Source: Trichosphaerium sp. ATCC 40318 (Eukaryota > Protista > Tubulinea). Taken from it: 64,000 nucleotides of DNA. Numbering within the stretch: the stretch's first letter is position 1; each line of letters opens with the position of its first letter. The stretch is from contig JALMLS010000328.1 in assembly GCA_038496445.1 (NCBI GenBank), positions 1 through 64,000 of the forward strand. Direction: 5' to 3'. The notes under the pieces are model-generated. The model was not told the origin of the DNA. It ran no database searches and worked only from the letters and a program-made list of their open reading frames with translations. Positions 49,901 to 60,534 of this stretch are shown here, piece by piece. The translations under genes were made by a program, and so were the position numbers.

Positions 49901-52549
49901 CAGCATCTCATTGATCCGTGGTATAGGGTGAACAGCCTTCTTAGTAATCTTATTTAGTTCCCTGAAGTCCAGACAAAATCTCCATTTTCCATCTTTCTTT
50001 TGTACTAATACCACTTGCGAGGCCCAAGGAGAGTTAGATTCTCGGATGATCCCTTGTTCCAGCAGCTTTTCTACTTCCTGTCTTATGAGCTTAGCTTTCA
50101 TAGGTGTCATATAACGGTAAGCCAAAGCTATAGGTCCTTTTCCTTCTTCAGTATTAATTGCATGTTTTAGTCCTGTAATAGTTGGTCCTGGTACGAGCTT
50201 CTCACTAAACTGGTCCTTGTATTCATGATGAAGAATAGCTACCATCATCTTCTGCTTGTCTGAAAGCTTCTTATCCGCTAACCTGAATAACCTGTAGATT
50301 TCCTTTATCTCTTCATCAGTCCTTTTCCTAGTAAACATTTTGTTAATTTCTTTTAGTGCTTCTTCCTTGTTGTCTTCCAGCGAATGTATAGTGTCCTCAG
50401 GGTCTTTGAGTTCAAAGGTACCCAGGTCATAACCTTTAGGTAATGTAATCCGTCTATTAGTCCCATTAAAAATCATCACTCTAACACTTCTCTTTATAGG
50501 TTTAACCAACTCATGAATAACATAGACTCCTTCAGCAATAAGTTGTTTATGTCCATCGACATATCCTGATATTCCATTATAAGCATGAGGTACTATAGCA
50601 TTAAACTCTGTTTGAGCATAAGGCGATAGCTTTATGTCATTTGAAGTAAAAACATGAAGGTTGTCGCTCTTGTATCTTCTGTTAATTGTATGTATAGGTA
50701 TAGGAAATCCTCCTTGAACAATAATCTGTTTCTTCGACATACTGATATCACATTTACTTTTGTTCATATAATCCATTCCCAATAGTACATCAAACTTGAA
50801 GTCCTTGATAACTAACATCCTTTGATAGATTGTGACACCACCAACTTTAACAGGAAGAACAATAGTGCCATATACCTTGATGATCTTGTTGTCCGCTGTG
50901 TATAAAGGTCTGGTATATTCTCTTTTAACTTCACTAATTTTCTTAAGATTTCTGACAACGTTTAGGTCCACCAAAGAAACAGAAGCACCAGTATCAAAGA
51001 CAGTCTCCAGTTTGTTGTTCCCTATCACACAAGATGCCTTGAGTATACTGTAACTTATCTCAGGTTTGTTAGGCGCCTGGTCTTCATTAATAAAGTTAAA
51101 TTCTTCACCACAAAAAGTAACAAAGTTTGAGTTTTTTCGATTATTTTTGTCTACTTGGTTAATGACAAGACATTCCCATGTGTTGGTGTCCGTAGGTCCT
51201 GAGCTATTGGTTAGTAAAGAAGAGGGCCTGTTTGGGTCCTGGGATGGGTCCTGTAGGTCCTGGTATTGGGTCCTGGTCTTACTCAAAGGAACAGAGTAGT
51301 TGAAAACAATTTTATTTAAGTCAATATCATTTTCATTGACTTGGTCCTGTTTTTGGTCCAGTACATTTAACTCTGGCGGAGGGTAAGAGTTGTTGTTGGT
51401 AGGCTTTGGTCCTGGGTCCTGTTGTTCCTGTTGGTCCGGGTGATAGTTCCTTGGAGGTGGGTAGGTGGGAGTAGGTTGGTATCCTCTAGCTTTTGGTCTT
51501 GGGTAATTTTTTCTTTTGTTGGTCCTATTGTTATATTGATTGTAGTATCTTCTACCTTGTCCTCTTCCTCGGTTCCTGTATCCTTTACCTTTACCTTTGT
51601 GTTGGTAAGGTTGAGAAGGCCTGTGCCAGCATTTGGCGGCAATGTGTCCTGGTTTATGGCAGTAGCCACAAATTTCTGTTCCCTCGATGTATCTTCTAAT
51701 GAAACCATTCTCAAGATTGAGGACACACCTGATATTGGTCTTGGGCTCATACCAATACTTGAAGTCACCGCTTTGAGAGTATATCGCGTTCTCTGGTCCA
51801 TAATTAAGCTGTTGGTGTCCTGCATATTGTCTGGGTCTCTTGTTAGGGTACCAATCATTTCTTTCTCCAGTTCGTTTTCGTGAATCAAAATCCTTCTGTT
51901 TGTAGTCCAGAGCATTAAGGAGAGCCGAGTCTACATCATCTATGTCTTCTAGGTTGCTGTTCTCGATGGCTATCTTCGCATAGTCGTAAGCAGTGTACTT
52001 CTGGAGCTCCTGGGCCGTCTTGCTCTGCGTGGCGAATCTGATAGCGCGATCCAAATATTTTGGTAATCCTTCCCGAAATTTCATCGCCAATTCGAAAGGT
52101 GTCTTCTCCAATATTTTGCCGTAGATAATGACCCTTTTGAGCCACGCTTTTACTTCTTCGTTCCTTGCCATCTCTGCTCGGTTAAAACTCTTGTTGAGGG
52201 TCCGTAGTCTTTCTGGAGTGAAGGTTTGGTCACAGAGATGTTTAACATACGCGGTGGGTGTGTTTTCAACGTCTTCGAGCTCATCAGCAGCCATGGAGGG
52301 TAGGTTGCTTTGAAGAAAGATTGTATACGCTGTCTCGCTTAGTTGTGCGTCTACAGCTATCCTCTTGACTTCGTTTAGGAAATAAGGAAGGTCTTTGAGC
52401 GAACCAGAAAATTTGAGTTGTTTCTTTGCGTATCCAATCTTCGCATCGCCAATACTCTTCTTTCCTTTCCACTTGCCAATCCAATCACCGTTTTGTTGTT
52501 TCTTAAGGTAAGGGATATATTTGTGATAGTCATGCTTTAATTCCGCCAT
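46958..52549 (-). CDS. Gag-Pol polyprotein (1863 aa)
   Basis: CCHC knuckle CGYCHKPGHIAAKC, protease FDTGAS, RT YVDD, RNase H VDAS...TDHKPL, integrase HHCC + DDE, GPY motif. Confidence 0.97.
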   Translation of the reverse strand: MAELKHDYHKYIPYLKKQQNGDWIGKWKGKKSIGDAKIGYAKKQLKFSGSLKDLPYFLNEVKRIAVDAQLSETAYTIFLQSNLPSMAADELEDVENTPTAYVKHLCDQTFTPERLRTLNKSFNRAEMARNEEVKAWLKRVIIYGKILEKTPFELAMKFREGLPKYLDRAIRFATQSKTAQELQKYTAYDYAKIAIENSNLEDIDDVDSALLNALDYKQKDFDSRKRTGERNDWYPNKRPRQYAGHQQLNYGPENAIYSQSGDFKYWYEPKTNIRCVLNLENGFIRRYIEGTEICGYCHKPGHIAAKCWHRPSQPYQHKGKGKGYRNRGRGQGRRYYNQYNNRTNKRKNYPRPKARGYQPTPTYPPPRNYHPDQQEQQDPGPKPTNNNSYPPPELNVLDQKQDQVNENDIDLNKIVFNYSVPLSKTRTQYQDLQDPSQDPNRPSSLLTNSSGPTDTNTWECLVINQVDKNNRKNSNFVTFCGEEFNFINEDQAPNKPEISYSILKASCVIGNNKLETVFDTGASVSLVDLNVVRNLKKISEVKREYTRPLYTADNKIIKVYGTIVLPVKVGGVTIYQRMLVIKDFKFDVLLGMDYMNKSKCDISMSKKQIIVQGGFPIPIHTINRRYKSDNLHVFTSNDIKLSPYAQTEFNAIVPHAYNGISGYVDGHKQLIAEGVYVIHELVKPIKRSVRVMIFNGTNRRITLPKGYDLGTFELKDPEDTIHSLEDNKEEALKEINKMFTRKRTDEEIKEIYRLFRLADKKLSDKQKMMVAILHHEYKDQFSEKLVPGPTITGLKHAINTEEGKGPIALAYRYMTPMKAKLIRQEVEKLLEQGIIRESNSPWASQVVLVQKKDGKWRFCLDFRELNKITKKAVHPIPRINEMLDATAYAKFFSTYDLTSSYFQVENEERDIEKTAFSTIDGHFEFVRMPMGLKNAMATFQKMMNLTMSGLLWKLCMCYVDDVIIFSRSFTEHLIHTKLVLDRVKEKGLKLKASKSNIFNTSVQFLGHRISEQGVLPKTSTIEEIRNMREPNGLEELERFLNVTNHYRRFIQDYARITEPLQKLRRQGVKWTWEQPQIEAYKALKAAFTTPPVLKHPNFNERFELHVDASNYACGAVLSQKDESGKEQPIAYFSKAFSETQRSYHTTERELLGIKLALEYFKNYLAYSKFKLTVYTDHKPLTYLTKINSVRPVIARIILTIQQFDFELVYKPGKLHVVPDALSRTPFATKQVNLIKIGKEDYKIKGTNQGYVDWNKEQKADITTATYIEYLTSGKINQVIKNSDKFKKSLFYTRVRELRLNDDGVLYRRTVQPNGQESYQVYVPNNINVKREIFRQGHDAPLAGHSGFEKTYHRIKQRFYWPGMFTETKEWCESCPSCQRTKTPRLRKAGLMGENFNVGVPFGLVTMDIVGPLNRTPRGNTYLLVINDNFTKWVEAFAMPDQEALTIAKLFVDQWCFRYGIPKKVLTDQGANFTGEIMKQVYDLLHIDKRQTSAYHAQTDGQTERFNHTLIEMIRHFVNEDQDNWDVWINPSLFAYRTAVHSTTKYEPYRLLFGTRPRLPLDELVGQENILENKYNMTDWAETIAHRLRAVHELAKKNIMAQKRKQAKYYNEKRREIDYELGQKVWLYVPYVREGEKKKLTQKWKGPYEILERIGSVNYRLDIPKGSKLNPVVHVERMKPFIDSYLRPTEDINVDLRNIYTETAERGLSELESSEDGSGEYIPGPVMDGTKSMRDARTIANKIREESNKPQRMEIDGEEENNTNLRRSKRGNKTTRTSRLKELIQSTYKVMEKLGLDKSKEALKDLLGIGSRFIRSGTRSKDLENEISYQAGCGLLQLKEWVGEMLDNFDNEFKEEQLLAISDW

Positions 52550-52655
52550 AGCGTCTGTTCTGCGTGTCTCCGTGTTTTTTCGTGTTTCTTCTCAGTTTTG
52601 AGAAAAATATTTTCGTTTTTGTAGTGTATAATTTCCTTTTTAGCGTGCCGGTTTA

Positions 52656-52674
52656 AATCTCAGTCGTGTCGCCA
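52656..52674 (-). promoter_or_regulatory. tRNA primer-binding site
   Basis: TGGCGACACGACTGAGATT lies 1 nt inside the 5' LTR. It is complementary to a tRNA 3' end ...AATCTCAG-TCGTGTC-G-CCA (G discriminator; Ser or Arg likely but undetermined). Confidence 0.85.
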
Positions 52675-52675
52675 A

Positions 52676-52766
52676 TGTTAAAGGGTCGGTTAGGGATAAA
52701 GATAACAAATCGTCAAATTGTAAGTCCACGTGATTTATTTATTTAATTAGTTTGACCGCTGTTACA
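52676..52766 (-). repeat. 5' LTR (91 bp)
   Basis: Identical to 46664-46754 and adjacent to the PBS. Confidence 0.95.
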
Positions 52767-54806
52767 TACGTAGGCAATGGCGTACAGTTACACGGATCAG
52801 GCGCTTTTGAAATAATAATTGGCGATGTAGATGGCAAGTTGTTTAGTACGGTTTCTTCTACTATTAGGTTATAATGTTTCAACTAATAATGTACATAGCC
52901 GATTTCAGTGTTGAGTTTTGGTTCATTCTGCTTTCCAAACCGTCCCAAAATAGAGATATATTCTCTCTCTATGATAATAGGAATGGAATACGAGCATACA
53001 TCTCACCAGAAGGGAAGTTGTCAACAAGTTTTGATACAACCATGGTTGAACGTTCTTCTATTGATGTGACGCGAGATCTCCTTGACGGTACTTGGCATCA
53101 CATGGCTTTAACCTTCTCTGAGTATGTAGAGCGGTAATACCTATTCTTATATAGAACGTAGGATTGATTACACGATCACATTTTACATTGATGGAACTGT
53201 TGCCGGTGGTATTAATACAGCTCAATGTTGTATGTTGCACGGAAGAGAACCAATTGAAATTGGGGACAGGCTCAATATCGAGATTGATGAAGTGCGCTCA
53301 TCTCTTTTATTATTATGGGCTAATAATCTGTATAGATATCATACTATACTTCATCGCTTGTACGTGACGATATAACAAGTATCTTTGCAGCAGGTACTGA
53401 AGTTTGATTTGTGTTACAACACCTTGATTGTTACTGAAATGGTCTGTTAGGAAGGGACGGCAAATGTACGGAACAAGATCTTTCAACACCATCAACAACG
53501 TTGCCTTCTACGGGTTCGTTTAATATTTGTTGTCGATCCAGTACTGATAGAATCTTCCATAGCGACCATCAAAGTAACCACTCTTGAATCGCTTGGTGCA
53601 ACATGTTCAAACAATTCTTTTTGTGTGTTCTTTAATCAAAATGTTGAGTTGGCTGGAGAGTTAGACTTGCGTGGTATCACCATCCAAGTACAAGGTGACA
53701 CAATGAACAACAATGAATACTAATTAAGTATGGGTTAGGAAACATCTCATTTGATAGTGCTGTAATCACAGTTGATGAGAAGACGACGATAATTGTTGAA
53801 GGATGTACTTCATTTAGTAGTCTCACAGTCTCACTTGATTCTGTTGTTAATGGTTTTGAGTTGTTTAACTCTTATTCATTGTGTGATGAATCGTCAGTTT
53901 CAGATGTATTGGTCAAGCACGCTTCTGGTTGCTCATCACTAAAATCAGGTATGTATCATTCTACAATTGTTATGGGTATGTTTGTTTATTGTGTTTTCTA
54001 GAACTGTCTTCTACACGTGCTCTATTCTTTATTGGAGATATACTTCCTTGTAGTTCAGTATCTGTACAATTATGTAGTATGCAAATAGTTGTGATGCTAC
54101 TAATTTCATTTTTTGTACATCATTAGACTTAGCTTAGTTACTATTTATTTGAAATATATCTGTGCATTAAAAGAATTGCGATATTTTATGAGTTCCACAA
54201 TTAGTTGACGAGTGTAAAAAGTGTCAATAATTTTACAAAACTACACAAAGTACAATCTAGATTATCGAGAAAAAAGTTTATCGATAATCCATTTTTCAGT
54301 CTGTCGTTGCTCATAACCTAAATAATTTCCATGCCTCATATTTGAGAAAGTAGATGCTATCAGGTAAATTAAATATTTGTTGCTTGTTACAATGTACTGA
54401 ATGCTCATAGTGATAAACAGGTAAAAAAAATGTCGATAATCTTTTTTGTGAGAAAACCCAGCTTGACCCCTGGCAAAGACTCGTTGATAATGCTCGTACA
54501 ATTAGTTCTTTCTAACCACAATTAGAAAACAATTATAACAAATGTCTTTTGCTATCAATGCTTCAACGTACTACAGTAATGCGTTATGTTGTAGGGCAAC
54601 GTAAAACAGAATTTCAAAACACTGCTTTTTGCCAACGCTTTCAGTTTTATGCTAGAGGCAATGGATGATTAACATAATGAGTCTTCTAGTTTCAAAAAAG
54701 AAAGTTTAACACATCACTTTGGTGAGACAGTAAAATACAAAGAAATACAAGGAGCCTGGGAAGTATGTTGTACTATGTTTATTTGAAACTCTTAGTATTT
54801 TTTTAA

Positions 54807-55277
54807 CTACTGCTCAATACGATGACGATAACAGCTACAAAATGTATCGTCTTCTATGTACTGTCTTTGGTAAGCTAAATGCATGAGCTGGCAGTCAGGC
54901 GTTGATCCAGACTGTGGTAGAGGAAATGTTACAATACAGCAAATGCAAAATGAATATATCTGCGTTGATCGAGGTGTTGTTGGATCAGAGGTACTGTTGG
55001 TGGTTGGAGGAAGTGTATTATTCATTGACGGGAGAAAGGTACCATTTATTGACGGAGGAAAATCACCATTTGTTGATTGTGGGAAGGTACCGTTTGTGGA
55101 AGGAGGCGATGTTGAAAGTGTTGTTCCATTTGCTTGTACTTTTACACTAGTTGTTGCTGTCTTAACGTACTCTTGAAACTTTCTCAATGACATGCGCTCG
55201 CGCACAGAGGCAACAGATAAAACCATTGCAGTCATTGTTAGCAGTAGAAAACCAAATATCACGTGTTTAAAAGTCAT
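54807..55277 (-). CDS. Intronless secreted protein with 8-aa tandem repeats and Cys-containing C-terminus
   Basis: Signal peptide MTFKHVIFGFLLLTMTAMVLS. Repeats PSTNGTFP/QSTNGDFP/PSINGTFL/PSMNNTLP with N-glycosylation sequons. Confidence 0.75.
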   Translation of the reverse strand: MTFKHVIFGFLLLTMTAMVLSVASVRERMSLRKFQEYVKTATTSVKVQANGTTLSTSPPSTNGTFPQSTNGDFPPSINGTFLPSMNNTLPPTTNSTSDPTTPRSTQIYSFCICCIVTFPLPQSGSTPDCQLMHLAYQRQYIEDDTFCSCYRHRIEQ

Positions 55278-55963
55278 AGAATGTGTTAAAGGATAGAAGG
55301 GTTTCAATGTTGTATTTTGCTTTGCAGTGGACTTGTACAGACTTTGCGTATTACAGTAATAAATGTGACGTGATACAACATTTGCATGATGCATTTTTTG
55401 TAGCCCGAACGGTATCAATGATTCCAAGCACGGCGGTGATGTTTGTAACATTTTTCAAAGCTATTGCGTTATAGTGTCGGTTCGAGAAAAAAGAATCCCA
55501 AACTGTCACTTTTCGTACATCAGGAAAGCACTAGATTGATGGCTATAAGCTTGTAGTAAGCTCGTGCAGATTTTCAAATTATATGAAATGGGATTGTGAT
55601 TTATGACGTCCGTCCAAGTCATAAGTAACCTCAACTTTTTTTCTATTTTTTATCTCTTTTATCCGAGTTTGTCAGTTTTCACTGGTCTTGTGAATGAGGG
55701 ATTATCCCGTTAAAACCCCCAAATCTCTCCCACTACCTCATTCGCTTGTATATGCATCATAGATTAACTCTAAGACCATTTATTCATTCAACAAACAAGC
55801 ATTTTTTTATAGTGTACCTTTTTCAAGTAATGTCTTGGTTTCTTCACTAGAAATCACGTGATTAAAAACAAAATTGTTGGATGTTCTCGTGTAGTAATAC
55901 AGTTGTTGTTTAACACGTAATGTGAGTTTAGGGTTGGTTCGTTACACACTCGCTAGTTATATT

Positions 55964-56896
55964 ATGACTACTGTTGTACACTTGGTAGTGTACGTAAAGG
56001 TTGACATCACTGATAGAACACATTTTTAGATCAGAGCATACCATGTATGGTTAAGCACTTTGTCCTCTGCTAGTGTCACTTATACACCACTACGCCAACA
56101 GCGTATTAACACTCACTGCTGAAGCTAAGTTGTTTGCTTCTATCTCACCTTCGTACAAACCTGCCTTTATGCGAATTACAAGGCTAACCAAGCTGAGAAT
56201 GTTTTTGGACCAGGCCGAACTACGAGTGTGATACAAAAATACGCGAAATACGGCAATTCTCTGGGTTTTTTAATGATCATTTGTGATACAAAAAAATAAA
56301 CACTCGAGGTTTTTACTAAATTGTTGTTTTACGTGCTATTACCGTAACTGTTGTCTTGGAACCTGAGTTTATTTTAGTATACTAAACAACTATACTTATT
56401 CTCGTGCATACCACTATAGCCAACGATATGCAGGATTCCAATATACTTCATGGCTGTACACGTGTTTTACTACTAGTACACCGTTACAGTTGACTCGTAA
56501 AAATCAACAACAAAGCCTATTAACAAGATGGCGAGCAGTAGTCGTCCCACTTCCCAAGAATGGATAACCCAACCAATTTTTTTCAATTTTATTTTAACAA
56601 TATTGTTTCTATATATAGACTTTGTGTATCTCCTACAGTCAACTACAAACGCCAAAAAGTATGGCAACATCATAAACGTCATCACGCGCTTAAATTAGTG
56701 CAGCGGAAAAACCAGCGGAGCCTGTAAAGGAGCGCTTAACATGCAACACTCAATAAACATCATTGAATGTTCTTTTTCTAATGGTTTAAAGGATGGAGAG
56801 TATAAGGAGGGGTTAAATAATGTAAGCCTTTACATCCATTATTATTATGAAAAAGGTAAACTTGTTGGTGAATTCAAGCAGTGGTATCAACGGTAG
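55964..56896 (+). CDS. Hypothetical multi-exon protein ending in MORN-variant (MORN_2) repeats; start uncertain
   Basis: Last exon reads IECSFSNGLKDGEYKEG...YYYEKGKLVGEFKQWYQR*. Confidence 0.5.
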
Positions 56897-56979
56897 ACTT
56901 CAAATGCACAAATTTTACTAACAACAAAAAAAACAAACTAAAGTTGAACCGGTCTTGTGGAACCCAATACTTTTATTTG

Positions 56980-59715
56980 TTAGACACTGTTGAATTTCCA
57001 AAGCTGGTTTCCATTGCCATTGTTTGAAGACCACAAGTGAACATTTTTATTGTTGCCTACAACCAAACTTCAACTTCTCATAAAGAAATAAATAGAAATT
57101 ACCTCCACCATCAATTGAGTAAGCTGGAGCGTTCCTCTTTTGTAACCTGAACTTGCCACCAACTGACACTATTACACAAAACAGTTAGTCTATAAAAATA
57201 GACTGGCAACTCGTTCTCTCATTCTCTTATGACACGTGCCTTTTTTCCAATGTTGGTTGTGATTGTTTGCTCCGCAAATCCATAGTTTTACGTTTTGTCC
57301 ATTTGAACCTCCTGAATTACCATCAAGACAGAATTGAGTGTTTCTCTTTTGGTAAGAGTAGTATCCACTTCCTCGAGAAATCTCAACCCATTGCTGGTTT
57401 ACATTATTTATGTTATGAGTGTTAATGATAACCTACCATCTTATAAGTATACAACACTGGTGTAGAAAAGCGTACATTTTGATCGTAAGAGCCACCGCTT
57501 TTACCATCAAGAGCATAAGAAAGTGAATTTCCTTTTTGAAGAGTAAAAATATTGTTTGAAGGTGCTGGAGAAGGTGATGGTCCGCTTCCGCCTAATACAA
57601 TGTTATATGTAATAAGATTAAATGGGTGACGATTGGATATGTAGTTGAGGTGCTTACCGCTTACTGAGACTGTCAATTTTCCATCAGTTTTAGCACCCTT
57701 TTTGTTTGATGTTAAAAGAAATAGGCAGTAATGCTGTAGCGTACCTGTGAGGCAAACACAATTGGCTTCAATAAAATGTTTCCAGATAACCTTAAATCAA
57801 GGGTGTTTCTATTAGATTGTACAGGAACTGTCATAGTAAATGTTTTCGAGTTTGAAGGCATTATATTATGTGCATTTCCTTAAAATACAATGTGTCAACA
57901 CGTGTTCTTTAGCTAAAGGAGAAGGTGTAAAAGATAAAAAGAAATCTTACCAGGGAAGTTTACTGTGGAACTACCATAGTCCATTGTCAATCGTAATGGA
58001 TAATAAAAAGGAGCATTACCCTGTTGCAAGGCAAGTTAGGTGTTATAATAGTAATTTAAATTGTATTTCAGTGTACCCTGTTAAACAACTTTACAGTAAC
58101 TGTTAGCTGACCACCGCTTACAGAAGTTGTAACTGATTGAATGTAGAACTTATATCCCATTGATAGCGCAGCCTATAAGCAATACAATTAGTAAATGAAA
58201 GGCTTAACATTGCATTGTACAGCTAGCGCTCTTGGTCTATCCGCAGAAGGGTACCCGGAACTGAAAGCAGCATTGTTCCTTAAGATAGTTGAGAAAGTGT
58301 TTATTGTAAGTGGTAGTACCATAGCCAAGAAGGATGCGTTGCATCAACACAATCACTGAAATCTTGAGGGTCAACACTCTCGCCAGAACAAGCAGATACA
58401 GGATCTAGAATTAGAGTGTCACTGGTCGGACATGATTCTGTTTAAGTTTTTTTTTTAGGCGTACTTGGTTTCATAATACATAATTGAAGTTCAGGACGAA
58501 GCTCTCCACCAATAGGAGCTTTTTTCCAATTATTAATACCATTGTTGTTGTTAAGCTCAGCTAAAAAGCCCCAATTGAAGAACAACGTGTCTTGAGCCTA
58601 AACATCAAGTTAGCCAACAACATAAGTTATTCATGTATACAAATGAGTCATCATGAAAACCAAGGCGAAGTTGAGAAGCACTGTAAGTGCCAATCCTATC
58701 TGGATATCTCGCTTGAAGAGATGTTATCTTAAAGGAGCTATTGTATACATATTCAGCCATTAAAGGGTTATAAGGATGTTACACTTACTCGTCGAAGGCT
58801 TTAAGAACTCTGTCCAGAAAAGCTGAGCTAGCACTTGGACAACCTCCATTATGCCATTCTAGATCGCATTAATTTCTTATGGAAATTTGATCTACAATGT
58901 ACCTCCCCTGAAACAAAGCGTTAAAAAAATTCGTAAGTGACTAGTATTGGTCTTACCAGTGTCCATAAAAACCGAGCTGAATCACTCCTGATTATGAAGA
59001 AAAAAAGAGATTAGATTTTTTGTGTTCTGGAAAAAACATGTTTCACATACCTATACGATTATCACCGTCGTATCTCCTTCCCATTTCTTTTATTAAGTTT
59101 ATAACAGCATTTTGGAAATTAGTGTTTCCGTAATCAGGAGCGACACCTTACTGCAATTAGCAAACTACAAGTTATTTTTCATACCTCCGCCGTAGGTGTT
59201 GTAGTGGCATAAGTTCATGCCAGAGAGCAAGTATGAAGGTATAGCATCGTTAGGGTTTGTTGTTTGGCTTGGGTAATCCACATACACTCGAAAGATTGCG
59301 TGATGTCCACGGCTAGCCACTATGTCAACGTTTGGTTAGCAGCTCGTCATAAGGATCTGTTTTTGTACCGTCATTCAGTAAAGGTTCCAAACCAGTGTTA
59401 AATGTGTAACTATTTGTAAATCACGTGTTAGAAGGGCAGTTCAAATTTTTTTTTTTTGTTGTGGAAAATCGCACCTGTTTACGCCGTTGTTTAGATCCTT
59501 CATTTTGACGTAAAAGTTTTCCATGCCTACGGATTCGACATTAGTTTCACCAGAGTGCGTGGCGTACTGTAAGGGAACTTGTTGCTTCCTGGTTTAAAAG
59601 GGACGAACCCACGTAAAGGATTTTCGTGCGTTTTAGAAGCGTCAAAATTATACGTTGTGGTGCCACTCATACAAGCCAAAGGGCAACAAATAAGAAGTAC
59701 AAGAAACAGTTTCAT
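56980..59715 (-). CDS. Secreted DUF4832/DUF4874-type putative glycoside hydrolase with PSPSP linker and C-terminal ricin-B (CBM13-like) lectin; multi-exon
   Basis: Signal peptide, ENPLRGFVP, IFRVYVDYP, RYDGDNRI, QLGFYGHWGEWH, GFHDDSF, PIGGELRPE, MGYKF, GNAPFYY. Ricin QxW repeats NQQWVEISRGSGYYSYQKRNTQFCLDG, NQHWKK and NQLWKF. Confidence 0.85.
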
Positions 59716-60534
59716 AGTTACAACAAGCTTTGAAAGCTCAAGAGTTGCTGTTAACGATATGTTGTTCACGAGATTCTGATGTGATATGGCTAGTTTTAAA
59801 ATGAATACACAAACTTGGCCTAGCGCTAGTTAGTTAGAGAGTCAAATTTTATACATTGTACCTACCATTGCGAAGTGATAACAACAAGAGTGAGCAAGTG
59901 AATATTACACGCTAGTGTACAAATAACTAGCGAGCAGCGGGGAAATAGACTGATACCATTGTGTCTTTTCAATCACGTGGGCAAAACCTTTTATTCGCAT
60001 AGTCTGTAGTATGCGAATTTAGCGTTGCGCTAACATACTGTCCCTCCAAATCACGCTAGTGAAAAGACTTGCTCTTAAACAAGCAAAGTGAGTGAAGATA
60101 AGGAAACAAAGTGCTAGTATTGTCAAGCAGAAAACGAAAGTTCGTAATGTTTTTCATGCAGCGGATACTAATTTGATAGATCTGTACTATATTTCTATGG
60201 TGTGGTATCATAAGTGACTATAACTAGCGGTCATTTCCATACTTTTTTCAAATGAAAAGCAAAACGTGGTTGATTATCTCCAATACATCACGTAGAGTAT
60301 AACAATAGCAAAAAATCTTTTACTATTTTCGGGTTTTATGGTGCTAGTGGGTAGTTCATGTAAACAATTCACACATAACACTAGCGCGTGTTTTTGTCAT
60401 GGTTTGTACAAGGCAGTAAACGTACAGCTTCTTGTACTAAACGAGCGCTAGATCCTGTTATGGAATACGACCGAGCATTGTTAGGAACAATCTTGAAAAT
60501 ACAAGACTAAGACAGTTCAGAATTTTATTGCTCT

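Larger units (their letters stand above)
46664..52766 (-). mobile_element. Full-length Ty3/gypsy LTR retrotransposon, 6.1 kb, 4-bp TSD TACG
   Basis: Identical TG..CA LTRs at 46664-46754 and 52676-52766. TACG at 46660-46663 and 52767-52770. PBS present. Single intact gag-pol ORF with PR-RT-RH-IN order. Confidence 0.97.
46263..54126 (+). pseudogene. Secreted/surface LamG (ConA-like, Laminin_G_3) domain gene disrupted by the LTR element; 3' end approximate
   Basis: Signal peptide MAFGGSFFYLVILLGIIQQCYS. Removing the element and one TSD restores GYVGNGVQLHGSGAFEI, followed by DFSVEFWF...DGTWHHMALTF...FYIDG. Confidence 0.75.

Noticed and set aside
47119-52484. Many antisense and alternate-frame ORFs within the gypsy element (e.g. 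51367..51915, 51422..51883)
   Set aside because: Shadows of the gag-pol ORF produced by codon bias. No env-like or independent signal.
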